Made by a program: the position numbers and the translations under genes. Shown piece by piece: positions 39,840-50,780 of a stretch of 64,000 nucleotides of DNA; positions within the stretch are counted from its first letter, which is position 1, and each line of letters opens with the position of its first letter. Below the pieces are notes generated by a model that did not search any database, was not told the origin of the DNA, and saw nothing but the letters and a program-made list of their open reading frames with translations. Source of the DNA: an uncultured Chloroflexia bacterium. GTDB lineage: Bacteria > Chloroflexota > UBA6077 > CF-72. The DNA is taken from contig CAVZNP010000001.1 of the NCBI GenBank assembly GCA_963776625.1, positions 205,922 to 269,921 on the forward strand, read 5' to 3'.

Positions 39840-40925
39840 TCAACTTGAATATAGAGTGAACGCATCGTACGGGTGCTCACACGGCTGACCGTTGCTCAGC
39901 CACAGTGTGCGTTCATTAAGGTCCATCACCGCCGAAACGACCGTGACGCACGCTTCTTCGGGCGGATCGTCGGGGTGCAGGTGGCGACACACGCTGTCAG
40001 GAAAGTTGTCATGGTCCCGCAGGCTTGACTGCACGTCGTCGACGCTGAGCGGCCGTCTGGCTGCCAGCATGGCACGCATGCGCGCCAGCCGGGTATATGA
40101 GTGCGGCCGACGTTCGCTGGCTGGTTCTTCCACACCCAGGTGATCGGGCTCGAGGAAGTGGTTGGTGTGCGCGAGCGCGCTGTGCTCGGGGCCAAAGCTG
40201 CAACTGGTACCCGGCGCTGCTTCGATGTCGACCGCGTGGTTGGGCGGCTGGGCCAGCATGAAGTTCGTCGAGCACGCGCGGCGGACCCCGGTGATGACCC
40301 GCGCGGCCTCGTCGAGGCTGTCCGCGCGCAGAATATCGTGGCAGCGCACGTGGAAGGGTGCGACCGGCTGCGACCAATTGTCGTCCGTCGAGAGCAAACC
40401 GTTAACGGTCAGACCAATGCCGGCGGCGTTCAGCCCGATCTTGCCACCGACGATGCCAGCCTCCGTGAAGCTCAGTGTTTGCGGGGTGCGCACGACGGCG
40501 CCCTGCACCTCGGGGATCCAGTCCCAGTTCTCGCCAATCAGCAGGTGACCGTTGCTCGTCGCTTCAGGCAGCAACGCAAACGCGGTGCAGCCGTCTGGCC
40601 TGCCGACCGGCAGCACGCTGTACTGGAAGTACAGCAGCTCGTAGCGCACGTTCAGCATCACGATGTCGATCAGCTCTTGTCGCGCCGCGTCGGCCACGCC
40701 GCGCACCGCGTCGAAGTAGTCGTGGAACGTTTCGAGTAGCGGCAGGAAGGTGGCGGCGCGCCGCCGCACCTCGTCGGCGTCCAGGCGGCCCTCGCGCTGA
40801 AAACGGTCGTAATACACCGCCAGGTTGTGGGCAATCTGCTCGCGCAGCGCGCTACCGTGCTGTTGGCCTTGATCGAAGGGTGCGCCGGCAAGCTCCACGA
40901 GTGGCAGGGACACGACGGCTAGCAT
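39840..40925 (-). CDS. C45-family peptidase / acyl-CoA:6-aminopenicillanic-acid acyltransferase-like Ntn hydrolase
   Basis: 'GRPDGCTAFALL' gives the Cys nucleophile context. ~360 aa. Twelve bp upstream of gnd. Confidence 0.55.
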   Translation of the reverse strand: MLAVVSLPLVELAGAPFDQGQQHGSALREQIAHNLAVYYDRFQREGRLDADEVRRRAATFLPLLETFHDYFDAVRGVADAARQELIDIVMLNVRYELLYFQYSVLPVGRPDGCTAFALLPEATSNGHLLIGENWDWIPEVQGAVVRTPQTLSFTEAGIVGGKIGLNAAGIGLTVNGLLSTDDNWSQPVAPFHVRCHDILRADSLDEAARVITGVRRACSTNFMLAQPPNHAVDIEAAPGTSCSFGPEHSALAHTNHFLEPDHLGVEEPASERRPHSYTRLARMRAMLAARRPLSVDDVQSSLRDHDNFPDSVCRHLHPDDPPEEACVTVVSAVMDLNERTLWLSNGQPCEHPYDAFTLYSS

Positions 40926-40999
40926 AGGCTGCCTGTCACTTCGATTTCGACTTCGATTTCGACTTCGACGGGTGTGATCCGCGTGCTGGTGCGGGTGCG

Positions 41000-43163
41000 T
41001 CAGACCCCTGAGTCAGACGCGTCTGGCGTCGCCGCGGAGTCGTCTGGCTGCGAGGTGAGCAGCGTCGCATCCGGCGACACCGACACCATGCCCGCGGCGT
41101 CTCGACTTCGCACCCGATAGTGATAGACCGTCCCGGGGTTGAGCCCGGTCAGCTGCAGATCGTGACGTACACCCGACACGGGGTCGACGGGCGTCGTCAG
41201 TCCGTAGGCGGCCGTGGTGCCGTACTCCACCTGCCCGTCGGCGACGACGTCCGTTGTCCACGTCAGGCGCGCGCTGCTGGCCGTCAGCCCGGGCGCCGCG
41301 GATAGATTGGAAATCGCGGGCCCATTGTCCACCTGCACGCTCACGTTGCTCGAGACACCAGTGCGCCCCTGCGCGTCGGTGGCGCGCGCGCTGATGCTGT
41401 GCGGCAGGTCTGGGTTCAGTCCCGCGCTCGTCCAGCTCCAGGCATACGGCGCGGCGCTCAATGGCGCACCAACCGGCTGCCCGTCCACGTAGAACTGCAT
41501 GCGCACGACCGGCGCATCGTCGTCTACCACCGCGGTCAACTGCGCCTGGCCATTCACGACGCTGCCGTCGGTTGGCCCGGTGAGGGTGACTGCTGGCGGC
41601 ACCTGCTGCACGTACACGGACAGTGGCGCACGGGCGCCTGGCAAACCTCCAGCGAAGGGTTGCGGAAACGTGGCGAGGCTCGTCTGCGCACTCGACAAGC
41701 TACTGCCGCCGCTGGTCGCCTGACGCAGATTCACCACGCCCGAACCGAACGGGTTGAGTACCGCCACCCAGTAGCGTGTGCTCGCCAGCAACGACACCGG
41801 GGAGACGTTCACGCTCGTCCAGCCTGGTACCACTCCCGAGGCTGTGCCCCGGGACAGGATGCTGCCCGGCGCGCCATTCTGGTCGGAGTAGAGCGCCACG
41901 CGCAAGGTCGGTGTCGAGCTACCCGCGTCGACGTACACCCGCACCACGCTGGCCAGGCCGCTCTGCGCGGCGACGTACTGGTAGGCGGCGGCCTGACCAC
42001 CACTGAGCGCCAATCGATCGGTCTGCACGGTGTCGTCGCCAATGAGCGTGGCCAGGCCTACTGGCGCGGTGCTGAAGGTCGCGTCTGCCGAGGCGCCGAG
42101 CCCGCCCTGGGCGTCCCACGCCTTGACGCGATAGTGGTACGTCGTCGCGGGCAGGAGCCCAGTGAGCGCCATGTCCTGCGTCGGACCGCCGTACACCTGC
42201 AGCAGTGTGAAGGCGCCATAGTTGGGGGTGGTTCCGTACTCGACCTGCGCCACGGTGCCGGTCGACGTCGACCACCCGACGCGCGCCACGGTTCCGGTTG
42301 CCTGCTCGACCGTCAGGCCGCCGACGTCGGGCCCACTGCCGGCTGGCGCGGTCGTAAACGTGCTGTCGAGCGAACTCACGGCCGCGCCCACGGTCGTCGT
42401 GCTGAGGACGTGGAACTGGTACGGAGTGGCGGGCAGCAGACCCGTAAGCACCACGCTGTGGGCGGTAAGCAGGGACGGATCGAGCGGCGAGCGCACGATC
42501 GCGTTCGCCAGGCTGGTGTACTCGACCTGCGACGTCGACGGGACGTTGGTCGTCCAGGTGATCGTCGCACTCGAACGTGTGACGCTGCTCGATGCCAGGT
42601 CGGCGATCTGGGGCGGCCCGAGCGGAAGGGCTGTCCCGAGCGCGGTCGTGGGCATGATCGGAGTCAGGCTGTTCGCCGAGGGACCGGCCGGCGTGGCAAG
42701 CGGTGTTTGCAGCGGCAGGGGTGAGCCCGCCAGCAGCAGCGTGGGTGTCGGCGTCTGAGTGGGGGAACGTATCGGGGTTGGCGAAAAAATGGGTCCAGGC
42801 GGCGTGGCAAAGGGAGCCTGCACGGACGTCGCGATGGGAACCTGGATGGCCGTCGCGGCGGGCCGCGGCGTGAATGTCGGGGTTGCCAGGGGCCCCTGTG
42901 AGGGCCTGGCCGGTGGGGTCGCGGTTGCCTGCGGCGTGACCTTTGGCGACGTCGTAGCCGTTGGTGACGGCGTGGCGGTGCGGTGACGGTGTCAGCGAGG
43001 GGACGGGGGTAGGGGTGAGCGTTGGCGTCCACGTCGGCGTCGGCGTCGGCGTCGACGTCGCGGTGGCGACCTCCTGGGCGTAGCTGACCTGGAGCGGCAC
43101 GCTGCCAAGGCTGGCAGCCACGAGCACCGCCAGAGTGCAGGCGAGTGCCAGGTGTCCGATCAC
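41000..43163 (-). CDS. Secreted multi-FN3 (purple-acid-phosphatase-N-like) repeat protein with signal peptide and Pro/Thr linker. Apparent frameshift near 42963-42989.
   Basis: Signal 'MIGHLALACTLAVLVAASLGSVPLQVSYAQE' plus a PT linker in one frame. The PT linker and about five 'ITWTT...EYGTT..Y' FN3 repeats lie in another frame. Confidence 0.65.
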
Positions 43164-44446
43164 CGGACGATGAGAGTGCCATCGAGCGGGGCGGCGTGTC
43201 TACCCGTTCGCGTGTCAATCCTGTTGAGACGGCGGCACAATCAGTGCTGGTGGTGGCTTCAGTGGCGCGCCTGCGCCTGGCACTGCTGTGGCTGGCCGGC
43301 ATGGATTTACGCCTCACCTTGCTGGCCGTTCCGCCTGTCCTGCCGCTGATCCACGCCGACCTGCAGCTGGACGAGAAGGGCGTCGCGGTCCTGTCGGGAT
43401 TGCCGCTGCTGCTGCTTGGCGTCGCCGCGGTGCCCGGCTCGTTGCTCATTGCGCGCCTCGGGCCTCGACGGGCGCTGCTGTGCGGCTTGTGGGTGATCGG
43501 CATTTCGTCGGCGCTGCGCGGGGTCGGTCCGAGCGTGCCGATGCTGTTCGGCATGACCCTGCTGATGGGCACTGGGATCAGCCTCAGCCAACCGACGTTC
43601 CCGACCCTGGTGCGCCAGTGGTTCCCCGGCTCGGTTGCGCGCGCGACAGGTTTCTGGTCCAACGGACTTCTGGTCGGCGAGCTGCTGGCGGCGGCGCTGA
43701 CGCTGCCCGTGGTGTTGCCGCTGGTCGGCTCATGGGAAGCGGCGTTCGCTTTCTGGTCGATTCCGGTACTGGTCACCGCGTCGCTGGTAGGGCTACTCAC
43801 GCCACACGAACCGGCGCCGAAGGACCTGCCGCGCCCCCAGGGCATGCCCGACTGGCACAACAGCCGCATGTGGCGCATCGGCATCTTTCAATCGGCGGCG
43901 AGCATGATCTACTTCGGCGCCAACACCTTCATTCCCGACTATCTGCACGCTACCAATCAGGCGGACCTCGTCGGGCTGGCGCTGGCCTCACTCAATGGCA
44001 TGCAGGTGCCCGCCTCGGCGGTGATCGGCTTTGTGCCGATGCGGCTGCTGGCGCGCCGCTCGAGCTCGTATCTGGTCTCGGCGGCGATCCTGGCGGCGCT
44101 GGGAGTCGTCCTGGTTTTGCCGGGCATCCCGCTGGTCATCGCGGCCGGCGTCTTCGGCTTCTGCGCCGCGTATGTGCTGGTCATGTCATTTGCGCTGCCG
44201 GCGCTGCTCGCCGAGCCAGGCGAGGTGGCGCGCCTGTCGGCGGGCACATTCGCCATCAGCTATACGACGGCGTTCGTGTTGACGCTGGCAGCGGGTGCGC
44301 TCTGGGATGCGAGCCACGTGGAGGCGAGTGCGTTTCTGCCCGCGCTGGTCGGCGCGGCGATCGTGGTGGCGCTTGGCCCTCCGCTGACGTCTGCCGCGGC
44401 AAGCGCGGAGCCCGTCCGAGTCGCGGCGTCGGCGAGCGCCTCCTAG
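43145..44446 (+). CDS. MFS transporter (CynX/NimT-like). Start uncertain, probably near 43200-43300.
   Basis: Twelve predicted TM helices. The 'LAVPPVLPLIHADLQLD' region resembles the CynX family. Confidence 0.7.
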   Translation: MPGVRSPDDESAIERGGVSTRSRVNPVETAAQSVLVVASVARLRLALLWLAGMDLRLTLLAVPPVLPLIHADLQLDEKGVAVLSGLPLLLLGVAAVPGSLLIARLGPRRALLCGLWVIGISSALRGVGPSVPMLFGMTLLMGTGISLSQPTFPTLVRQWFPGSVARATGFWSNGLLVGELLAAALTLPVVLPLVGSWEAAFAFWSIPVLVTASLVGLLTPHEPAPKDLPRPQGMPDWHNSRMWRIGIFQSAASMIYFGANTFIPDYLHATNQADLVGLALASLNGMQVPASAVIGFVPMRLLARRSSSYLVSAAILAALGVVLVLPGIPLVIAAGVFGFCAAYVLVMSFALPALLAEPGEVARLSAGTFAISYTTAFVLTLAAGALWDASHVEASAFLPALVGAAIVVALGPPLTSAAASAEPVRVAASASAS

Positions 44447-44491
44447 CCGCTATGTGCGTAGCGGCTATTGCGTAGCAGCGACGCGTAGCAG

Positions 44492-45106
44492 CTACTGCGC
44501 GGGCGCGGGCAGCGCCGCTTCCCCGTACCCCATCACCACGCGCAGCGTCTGCGGATTCGTACCAGCCGTGGTCTCGAACGCCAGATACGTCTCCACTTGC
44601 CCACCGGGCGGCACGCTCGCATCGAACACGTCGCGTCGGTGGTTGAACGCATTCGTCGACCGCGTTGCCTCCGCATCCACCGCGTACGTCCGCCCTTGAT
44701 CGTCGATCAACCGAAAATCTGAAATCGTCGGCGTGAGCGGTTCCGACCCCGCGTTTGCCAGCTGCACATCCACCAGGGTGAACGAACCCGGCGGCCCGCC
44801 CCGCCCGTCAGCCGTCAGGTCCTGGTTGCGCGCGATGGACGTGACCGTCACCGAGGCGGCGCCGAGCTGGAGCGTTTGCCCGGCGGGCGCCCGACCCGTC
44901 GCCGTGCCGCCCGACGCAGTCGTTACGCCGCCGCCGGGCACGTTGCCGCCGCCAGGCGTGCTGATGAGCTCGCCGAGCCCATAGGGCAAAGGCGTCGTGT
45001 AGTAGGCATACACGCCGACGCCAAGCGCGGCGATGATCAGAAGGCCGATCAGCCAGAGCGGTGCGCGAATCAACCCGCGAATTCTGGCATACCGCCCGCG
45101 CCTCAC
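44492..45106 (-). CDS. DUF4352-like single-pass membrane protein
   Basis: N-terminal TM, Gly-rich linker, then a beta-rich domain 'FTLVDVQLANAGSEPLTPTISDFRLIDDQGRTY'. Confidence 0.45.
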   Translation of the reverse strand: MRRGRYARIRGLIRAPLWLIGLLIIAALGVGVYAYYTTPLPYGLGELISTPGGGNVPGGGVTTASGGTATGRAPAGQTLQLGAASVTVTSIARNQDLTADGRGGPPGSFTLVDVQLANAGSEPLTPTISDFRLIDDQGRTYAVDAEATRSTNAFNHRRDVFDASVPPGGQVETYLAFETTAGTNPQTLRVVMGYGEAALPAPAQ

Positions 45107-45154
45107 GGATGCGTAGTGGGTCTGGCGTGGCTTCCAACCCGTACACTCGCGGAC

Positions 45155-47875
45155 GTGCCGAAGCAGGCGCAGGCGTTAGCACGAGCCGAAGAACTCAAAG
45201 CCGAAGCTGAACGCCAGTTGAACGTTGACAGCGAACAGTCGCTGGCGACTGCTGAAGCCATCTGCGCCCTCGGCGAGGAACCGGGCATCATCGCCCTTGG
45301 ACAGTTGGCCCGTGCGGATGCGCTGCGCGAGCTTGGACGCTACGCCGAAGCGGCGCAGGCGTATGAGAACGCGGCGGAGCTGTTCCGCACGGCAGGCGAC
45401 GAGGTCGGCTGGGCGCGCACGCGCATCGGCGCGATCCTGACCGCCCGCTACACGGGCGACCACGCCAGCATCCTGGCCGACGTCGATGAGGCTCGAGGCA
45501 TCTTGATTGCCAACCGGTTGTGGCTTCGCCTCACGCGTCTCGAGAACAACACCGGGGCCATGCTCGCGGCACTCGGGCGCACGACTGAGGCGCTCTCGGC
45601 CCACCAGCGCGCGCTGTCCGCCGCCGAACGGCTGGATCCGCGCAGCGACCTGCTCGAAGCCGAGGTCTTCGCGACGCTCGCCGCGGCGTACTACCACGTC
45701 GATGATTTCGAGACGGCGGCCAGGTTCCAGGGACGGGCTGTCACCATCTTCGAGCGCGAGGGGCAGCACGAATTTCTGTCTCGCGCGCAGCGCAACTTCG
45801 CAAAGTTCGCAGCCGGGCGCGGTGACTACAGCAAAGCCCTCGCGACGGTGCTGCCAGGTCGACGCACACTTCTGGAGATGGGTCGCACCGATGCGGCGGC
45901 TCACCTCGGGCAGGTTGGCGTTGATTGTCTGCTTCGACTCAATCGACCTGCAGAAGCGGCCGAGCTGGCGATCCTGGTTGCCGACGAGTTCGAAGCGGCG
46001 GGCGCGCGCATCGAGGCGGCGGCCACGCACGGAGCCCGCGCGGTTGCCCTGGCACGGCTCGGCGATGCCGACGCCGCGCTCGCGGCGCTCGAACGAGCCA
46101 ACGAGCTGTTCGGAAACGTCGGGTGGGAAGCCGGGCCCGCGAGTGTACGCCTCGGTCGGGCCGTGGTCCTCGGCGAGACCGGCCGGTGGCAGGAGGCGCT
46201 GCTCGAGGCCGAGACTGTTCGCGACGAGTTCCGACGGCGCGGCTCTGTCGTGCGCGCGGTTCAAGCCGACCTGATCCGCGCCAGCGCGCTCCGCTCGCTG
46301 GGAAAGCCCGAGTCCGCCGCCGAGGCCGCCCGCTCGGCGCTCGAGCTGGTGCGCAGCCGACTGCTGCCGTGGCAGAGCTATCACGCCTGGCGGCTGCTGG
46401 GTGAGCTTGCCAGGGACGCGGGCGATGCCGACGCCGCGCTGGCCGCCTTCCTCGAGGCCATCAGCAATCTCGAGCACGTGCAAGGTCGCATTCTGACCGA
46501 ATACCGCGCGTCATTTCTGGCTGACAAAACCGACGTCTACGAGGCCGCGGTTGACTTGCTGATGAGCAAGGGCGAAATCGAGCGCGCATTCGAGCTGGTC
46601 GAGCGTGCCAAGTCGCGCGCGCTGGTCGACGCGCTGGCTGGAGGTCTCGATATTCGCGTTCGGCCAAAAACTCCTGAACAGGCGCGCCTGGCCGATGAGT
46701 TGCAGGAGCTTCGGCGCAGGCATGACGCGCTCGTCGAACAGGCCGAGGCAAGTCCGGAGGTGTACGAGCTCGAGCAGAGCATCACCGCGACGCTGGAAGA
46801 GCTGAGGCTGGTTGGCGCCGACGACCTGGAACGGCTCAGCCTGCTCGAAGGCCGCGTGTACTCGCCTCAGCCGCACCTCGACGCGTCAACCGCTCTCCTG
46901 GAGTACTACCGCGTCGGCCAGGATTTCATCGTCTTTGTCATGGACCGCGCGTCGCTGCGCGCCGTGCGACTGCCGGGCGCGCTGCGGCGTATGCATCAAC
47001 TGCATGGCCCGCTGCGGCTCAACCTGAGCGCCGCCACCGCCGAGCCGGCGCGGCGCACCATGCTCGAGCCAAATGCGCGCGCCCTGCTGCAGCGCGCGTA
47101 CGACGTGCTGTTGCGGCCGATTGCCGATTGGCTGGCGCCGTACGCGCGACTGATCGTCGTGTCCAACGGTCGGCTGCACCAGTTGCCGTTTGGCGCCTTG
47201 CACGATGGAGAGGCGTACCTGGTCGAACGCTTCGAAATCACGACCGCTCCCTCGGCCAGCTCGCTGACCTTCTGTCTGCGGCCACGGGCGCGGACGGGCC
47301 AACGCATGCTGGTTGGCGCGTACAGCGCTGATGGCGCCCTGCCCGGCGCGCTCGAAGAAGCCAGGGCCGTGGCAGCGCTGTACGACAGTGCAGGCCTCTT
47401 CGAAGGCGAGCTCACCCTCTCCGAGCTCAAGCGGCAGGCGCGCGACGCGGACCTGATCCATTTGGCTGCCCACGGCGTGTCGCGACTCGATGCGCCGCTG
47501 TTTTCCTACCTGCGTCTGGCCGACGGACACCAGACAGCGCTGGATTGTTTCGACCTCGAGCTCGATTGCAGTCTGGTGACGCTCAGTGCCTGCGAATCGG
47601 GGACAGGCGCCATTTCCGCTGGCGACGAGCAAATAGGTCTCCCGCGGGCGTTTCTCTATGCTGGTGCACGCAGCGTCGTTCACAGTCTGTGGCGCATCGA
47701 CGATCAGTTCACTCGGAACTTGATGAAGCGTTTCTACATTGAGCTGAAATCGGGCCGTGGTCGGGCCGCTGCCCTGCGCACTGCCCAGCTCGAGCAAATG
47801 CGCTCGGGCGCCATCCATCCTTTTCTCTGGGCGTCACTGACGCTGGTCGGTGATTGGCGTGAGGAGTCAGCGTAA
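45155..47875 (+). CDS. TPR-repeat plus CHAT-domain (caspase-like peptidase) protein
   Basis: N-terminal TPR-like helical repeats. C-terminal CHAT with the His/Cys dyad context 'LIHLAAHG...LVTLSACESG'. GTG start at 45155 after the convergent gene. Confidence 0.75.
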   Translation: MPKQAQALARAEELKAEAERQLNVDSEQSLATAEAICALGEEPGIIALGQLARADALRELGRYAEAAQAYENAAELFRTAGDEVGWARTRIGAILTARYTGDHASILADVDEARGILIANRLWLRLTRLENNTGAMLAALGRTTEALSAHQRALSAAERLDPRSDLLEAEVFATLAAAYYHVDDFETAARFQGRAVTIFEREGQHEFLSRAQRNFAKFAAGRGDYSKALATVLPGRRTLLEMGRTDAAAHLGQVGVDCLLRLNRPAEAAELAILVADEFEAAGARIEAAATHGARAVALARLGDADAALAALERANELFGNVGWEAGPASVRLGRAVVLGETGRWQEALLEAETVRDEFRRRGSVVRAVQADLIRASALRSLGKPESAAEAARSALELVRSRLLPWQSYHAWRLLGELARDAGDADAALAAFLEAISNLEHVQGRILTEYRASFLADKTDVYEAAVDLLMSKGEIERAFELVERAKSRALVDALAGGLDIRVRPKTPEQARLADELQELRRRHDALVEQAEASPEVYELEQSITATLEELRLVGADDLERLSLLEGRVYSPQPHLDASTALLEYYRVGQDFIVFVMDRASLRAVRLPGALRRMHQLHGPLRLNLSAATAEPARRTMLEPNARALLQRAYDVLLRPIADWLAPYARLIVVSNGRLHQLPFGALHDGEAYLVERFEITTAPSASSLTFCLRPRARTGQRMLVGAYSADGALPGALEEARAVAALYDSAGLFEGELTLSELKRQARDADLIHLAAHGVSRLDAPLFSYLRLADGHQTALDCFDLELDCSLVTLSACESGTGAISAGDEQIGLPRAFLYAGARSVVHSLWRIDDQFTRNLMKRFYIELKSGRGRAAALRTAQLEQMRSGAIHPFLWASLTLVGDWREESA

Positions 47876-49488
47876 TGCACAACCAGGCTTCGCAAGCGGC
47901 GGAACGCGTCGAGTGGTTTCATCCGGGCGAGATCGTCATCGTTGCCCGCGTTCCCAAGGGCAGCCTGAGTGACGAAAACTTGCGCGCGGGCATGCGCGAC
48001 TTGCTCGATCGCCACGCACGGGACCATGTCCGTCGCGACGCGCAGTCGCTGCGTAGCTTCGTCTTCGACGCACCCACCGAAGATCAATCCCTGGTGTTCT
48101 TCGTTCAGAAGCTCGCTCAGGCGGGCGACGCCAGGTCCGTCAAGAACGCGGTCGAGGCGCTGCACGGCCAGTTGGGCAACCTGCGGGCAAACAATCTGGA
48201 AGTGATCGGCGCCATGCCGCAGTGGCACCTGCTGGCGCACGAGGCCTTCAGTGGTGGCAGCCCGGGCTCGCGCCCGGCGCCCGTGTACGCGGATCAGGTG
48301 CGCGGTCGCCCGACCCGCCGCGCGTACCGACCGGTGAAGCCCAATCTCGACCTGGCTGAGCGGGTGCGCGACGCCGAGGCGGTTCCCGTCGCGATCCTCG
48401 ACACGCGGATCGACCTGGCGGAGGCGCGTCGCCACGCCGAGCGCTTCAAGACAGCGACCAACAACCAGCAATTGATCGATACCATCGACTCGCTGCGGCA
48501 GCCGCCCGCGTCCGACGCTGACGTGGACGGGGAGTGGCGGGCCATCCGTGAGCACCACACCGACGGCACGTCACGCGCGGGCGGGCAGGCATCGGCCGAC
48601 GAGGCCACGTACCCCATGGCCGACCACGGGCTCTTCGTCGCAGGACTGATTCACGGAATTGCACCCCGCGCCAGCCTGAGCTACGAGGCCGTACTGGACG
48701 AGACCGGCGTCGGCGACCTGTCGCTGTTGCTTATAGCCTTGCAGCGCGTGCTCGCGCGCAAGCGGCAGGACCAGCCGCAGATCATCAACCTCAGTCTGGG
48801 TTTCCGTCCACACCCCGGCGCGCATGACCGCCGCCTGGTACGGCTTGCCGAGGCCCCACGATCAGCTGTACACGCCCGCCGCCGCGCTGTTCGAACCCGG
48901 CTCGCGACGAACGGTGGGTGGCCGGGAATCGTCGTGAAGTCGGACGTACGGTGGACATGCTGCAGGCCGGCCTCGGCGAGCTCGGGCGCTACCTGAGTTT
49001 GAACAACTGCCTGGTCGTGGCCGCGGCCGGGAACGATTCGCACACCGGTGATCCGACGCCTGGATCCTCGCCTGCCGGCGCGCTTCGACTCTGTTCTCGG
49101 CGTCGCCGCGACGGTGGGCGACGCACAACCAGCGCCGTACTCGAATCTGGGCGACGATCTCGTGCTGGGCGACCACCTCGCCACCTTCGGCGGCGGAGTG
49201 ACCGATGGGCTGGAGCCCCGCGATGGAGTCATCGGGGTGTACTCGGGTGACTTTGCGTCGGGACGCCCCAACGATACGGGCTGGGCGTACTGGTCGGGCA
49301 CGTCGTTCGCCACGGCCATCGTGTCGGGCATCGCGGCAAACTTCTGGGCGGTGCGACGTCAGCAGAACCCGGAGGCGCACGCCGCGGAGATCCTCGCCGA
49401 TTTGCACGCCGAAGCCCGCGAGACGGGTGCGTTCGTGCGCGAGCTGCGCACGCCGTCGATTGAGGTGGACGGCCGCTGGGAGTCCTGA
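47875..49488 (+). CDS. Subtilisin-like S8 serine peptidase. At least two compensating frameshifts between ~48800 and ~49060.
   Basis: 'VAILDTRID' (Asp), 'DHGLFVAGLIHG' (His), 'VVAAAGNDS' (Asn, frame 3) and 'GTSFATAIVSGIAA' (Ser). The TAATG start overlaps the CHAT stop. Confidence 0.7.
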
Positions 49489-49493
49489 TCGCC

Positions 49494-50711
49494 TCAGGTG
49501 GGCACGATACCGAACAGCACCCGCTTCCGCACCAGTCCCCACAGCAGCAGGACGATCCCCATCTGCATCAGCGTCGTCAGCAACTCCGCCGACGGGATGC
49601 CTGGCACCGCCTCCAGCATCGGCGCGAGGTTGTACACCAGCACGATCAGGAAGAAGTGCACGATGTAGCAGTACAGCGCCGCCTGACCCAGCGGTAGCAT
49701 CAGCCAGCCCAGCGCGCGGCGCAGCGGCACCCACAGGTAGGTCGCGCACGTGTACGCCACGATGGCCACGGACAGGAACGCCACGATGCGCGCGGGCCGC
49801 AGCGGGACCTTGAAGAACGACTCGTCGAGCACATTCGGGTCGATGTCGAAGAAGCCATTCTCGGCGCCCCACGCCAGCGAGATCAGTCCTAGCGTCACGG
49901 CCAGCCCCAGCGCGACCCCAACGACGCGCAGCGGACGGAAGCGGCGCAGCCACTCTGTCAGCGCACCCCGATAGAAGCCCAGCACGTGGCCCGTCACAAA
50001 GAGCACCTGCCACGCGGCGATGGGAAAATTCTCGCCATGGCGGATGTACCAGGGCACGGCCGCCTCTTCGGGGTACACCTGGTAGGCCAGCCACAGCAGC
50101 CACGATGGAATCAATACCATCCACCATTCGCCGATCGATAGCAGCAGCAGGATCAGCGGCGCGACCATCAGCAGGATCGTGTACATCGCCAGGATGTCGG
50201 TGCCGTGATACGTGTAGTGCAGGGTTAGCGTGGCGACGGTGATCTCCTGCCAGCTATCGATGCCGAGGCCGAAGTCGCGACCGGTCCACAGCGCGATGTC
50301 CGTGTACAGGAACAACGCCGAGAAGATCAGCGTCATGGCCACGGTTGCCAGGTACAGGGTGCGGGCGCGCTTGAGCGCGTCGCCCATCGCACTTTGCAGA
50401 CCCGAACGATCGCGCTTGGCGCGATACGCCTGGCCCATGATGAAGCCGCTGATGAAGATGAAACCCTCGGCAGCGGAAACATAGAAGCGGTTACCGCCCG
50501 TAATCGCGTACAGCCAGGAATCCCCGCCAAAGTGATCGACGACCATGGCGAAGATGCAAAAGCCGCGCAGCAGGTCCACGCGCAGGTCGCGCTTGTTGGC
50601 GAAGTCTGCCGTGCTCGCGTAGTTGAGCGCCTGCAATCGCTGAATCAGGGCGGCAGACCACGACGTCGTGACGCGACCAGGCAGCGGCGGTGCGACGCTC
50701 GTCGTACTCAT
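49494..50711 (-). CDS. OpgC-like membrane acyltransferase
   Basis: 'RVDLLRGFCIFAMVVDHFGG' and ~10 TM helices. Confidence 0.6.
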   Translation of the reverse strand: MSTTSVAPPLPGRVTTSWSAALIQRLQALNYASTADFANKRDLRVDLLRGFCIFAMVVDHFGGDSWLYAITGGNRFYVSAAEGFIFISGFIMGQAYRAKRDRSGLQSAMGDALKRARTLYLATVAMTLIFSALFLYTDIALWTGRDFGLGIDSWQEITVATLTLHYTYHGTDILAMYTILLMVAPLILLLLSIGEWWMVLIPSWLLWLAYQVYPEEAAVPWYIRHGENFPIAAWQVLFVTGHVLGFYRGALTEWLRRFRPLRVVGVALGLAVTLGLISLAWGAENGFFDIDPNVLDESFFKVPLRPARIVAFLSVAIVAYTCATYLWVPLRRALGWLMLPLGQAALYCYIVHFFLIVLVYNLAPMLEAVPGIPSAELLTTLMQMGIVLLLWGLVRKRVLFGIVPT

Positions 50712-50780
50712 GCGCGTAGCGCTACACGAGGTATTGTGCGGCCAGCGAGCGTTACTTAATCGTTAAACAGGGTGCGGGTG

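Noticed and set aside
41399-42724. 441-aa plus-strand ORF antisense to the FN3 repeat protein gene
   Set aside because: Arg-rich spurious antisense ORF. The minus strand encodes clear FN3 repeats.
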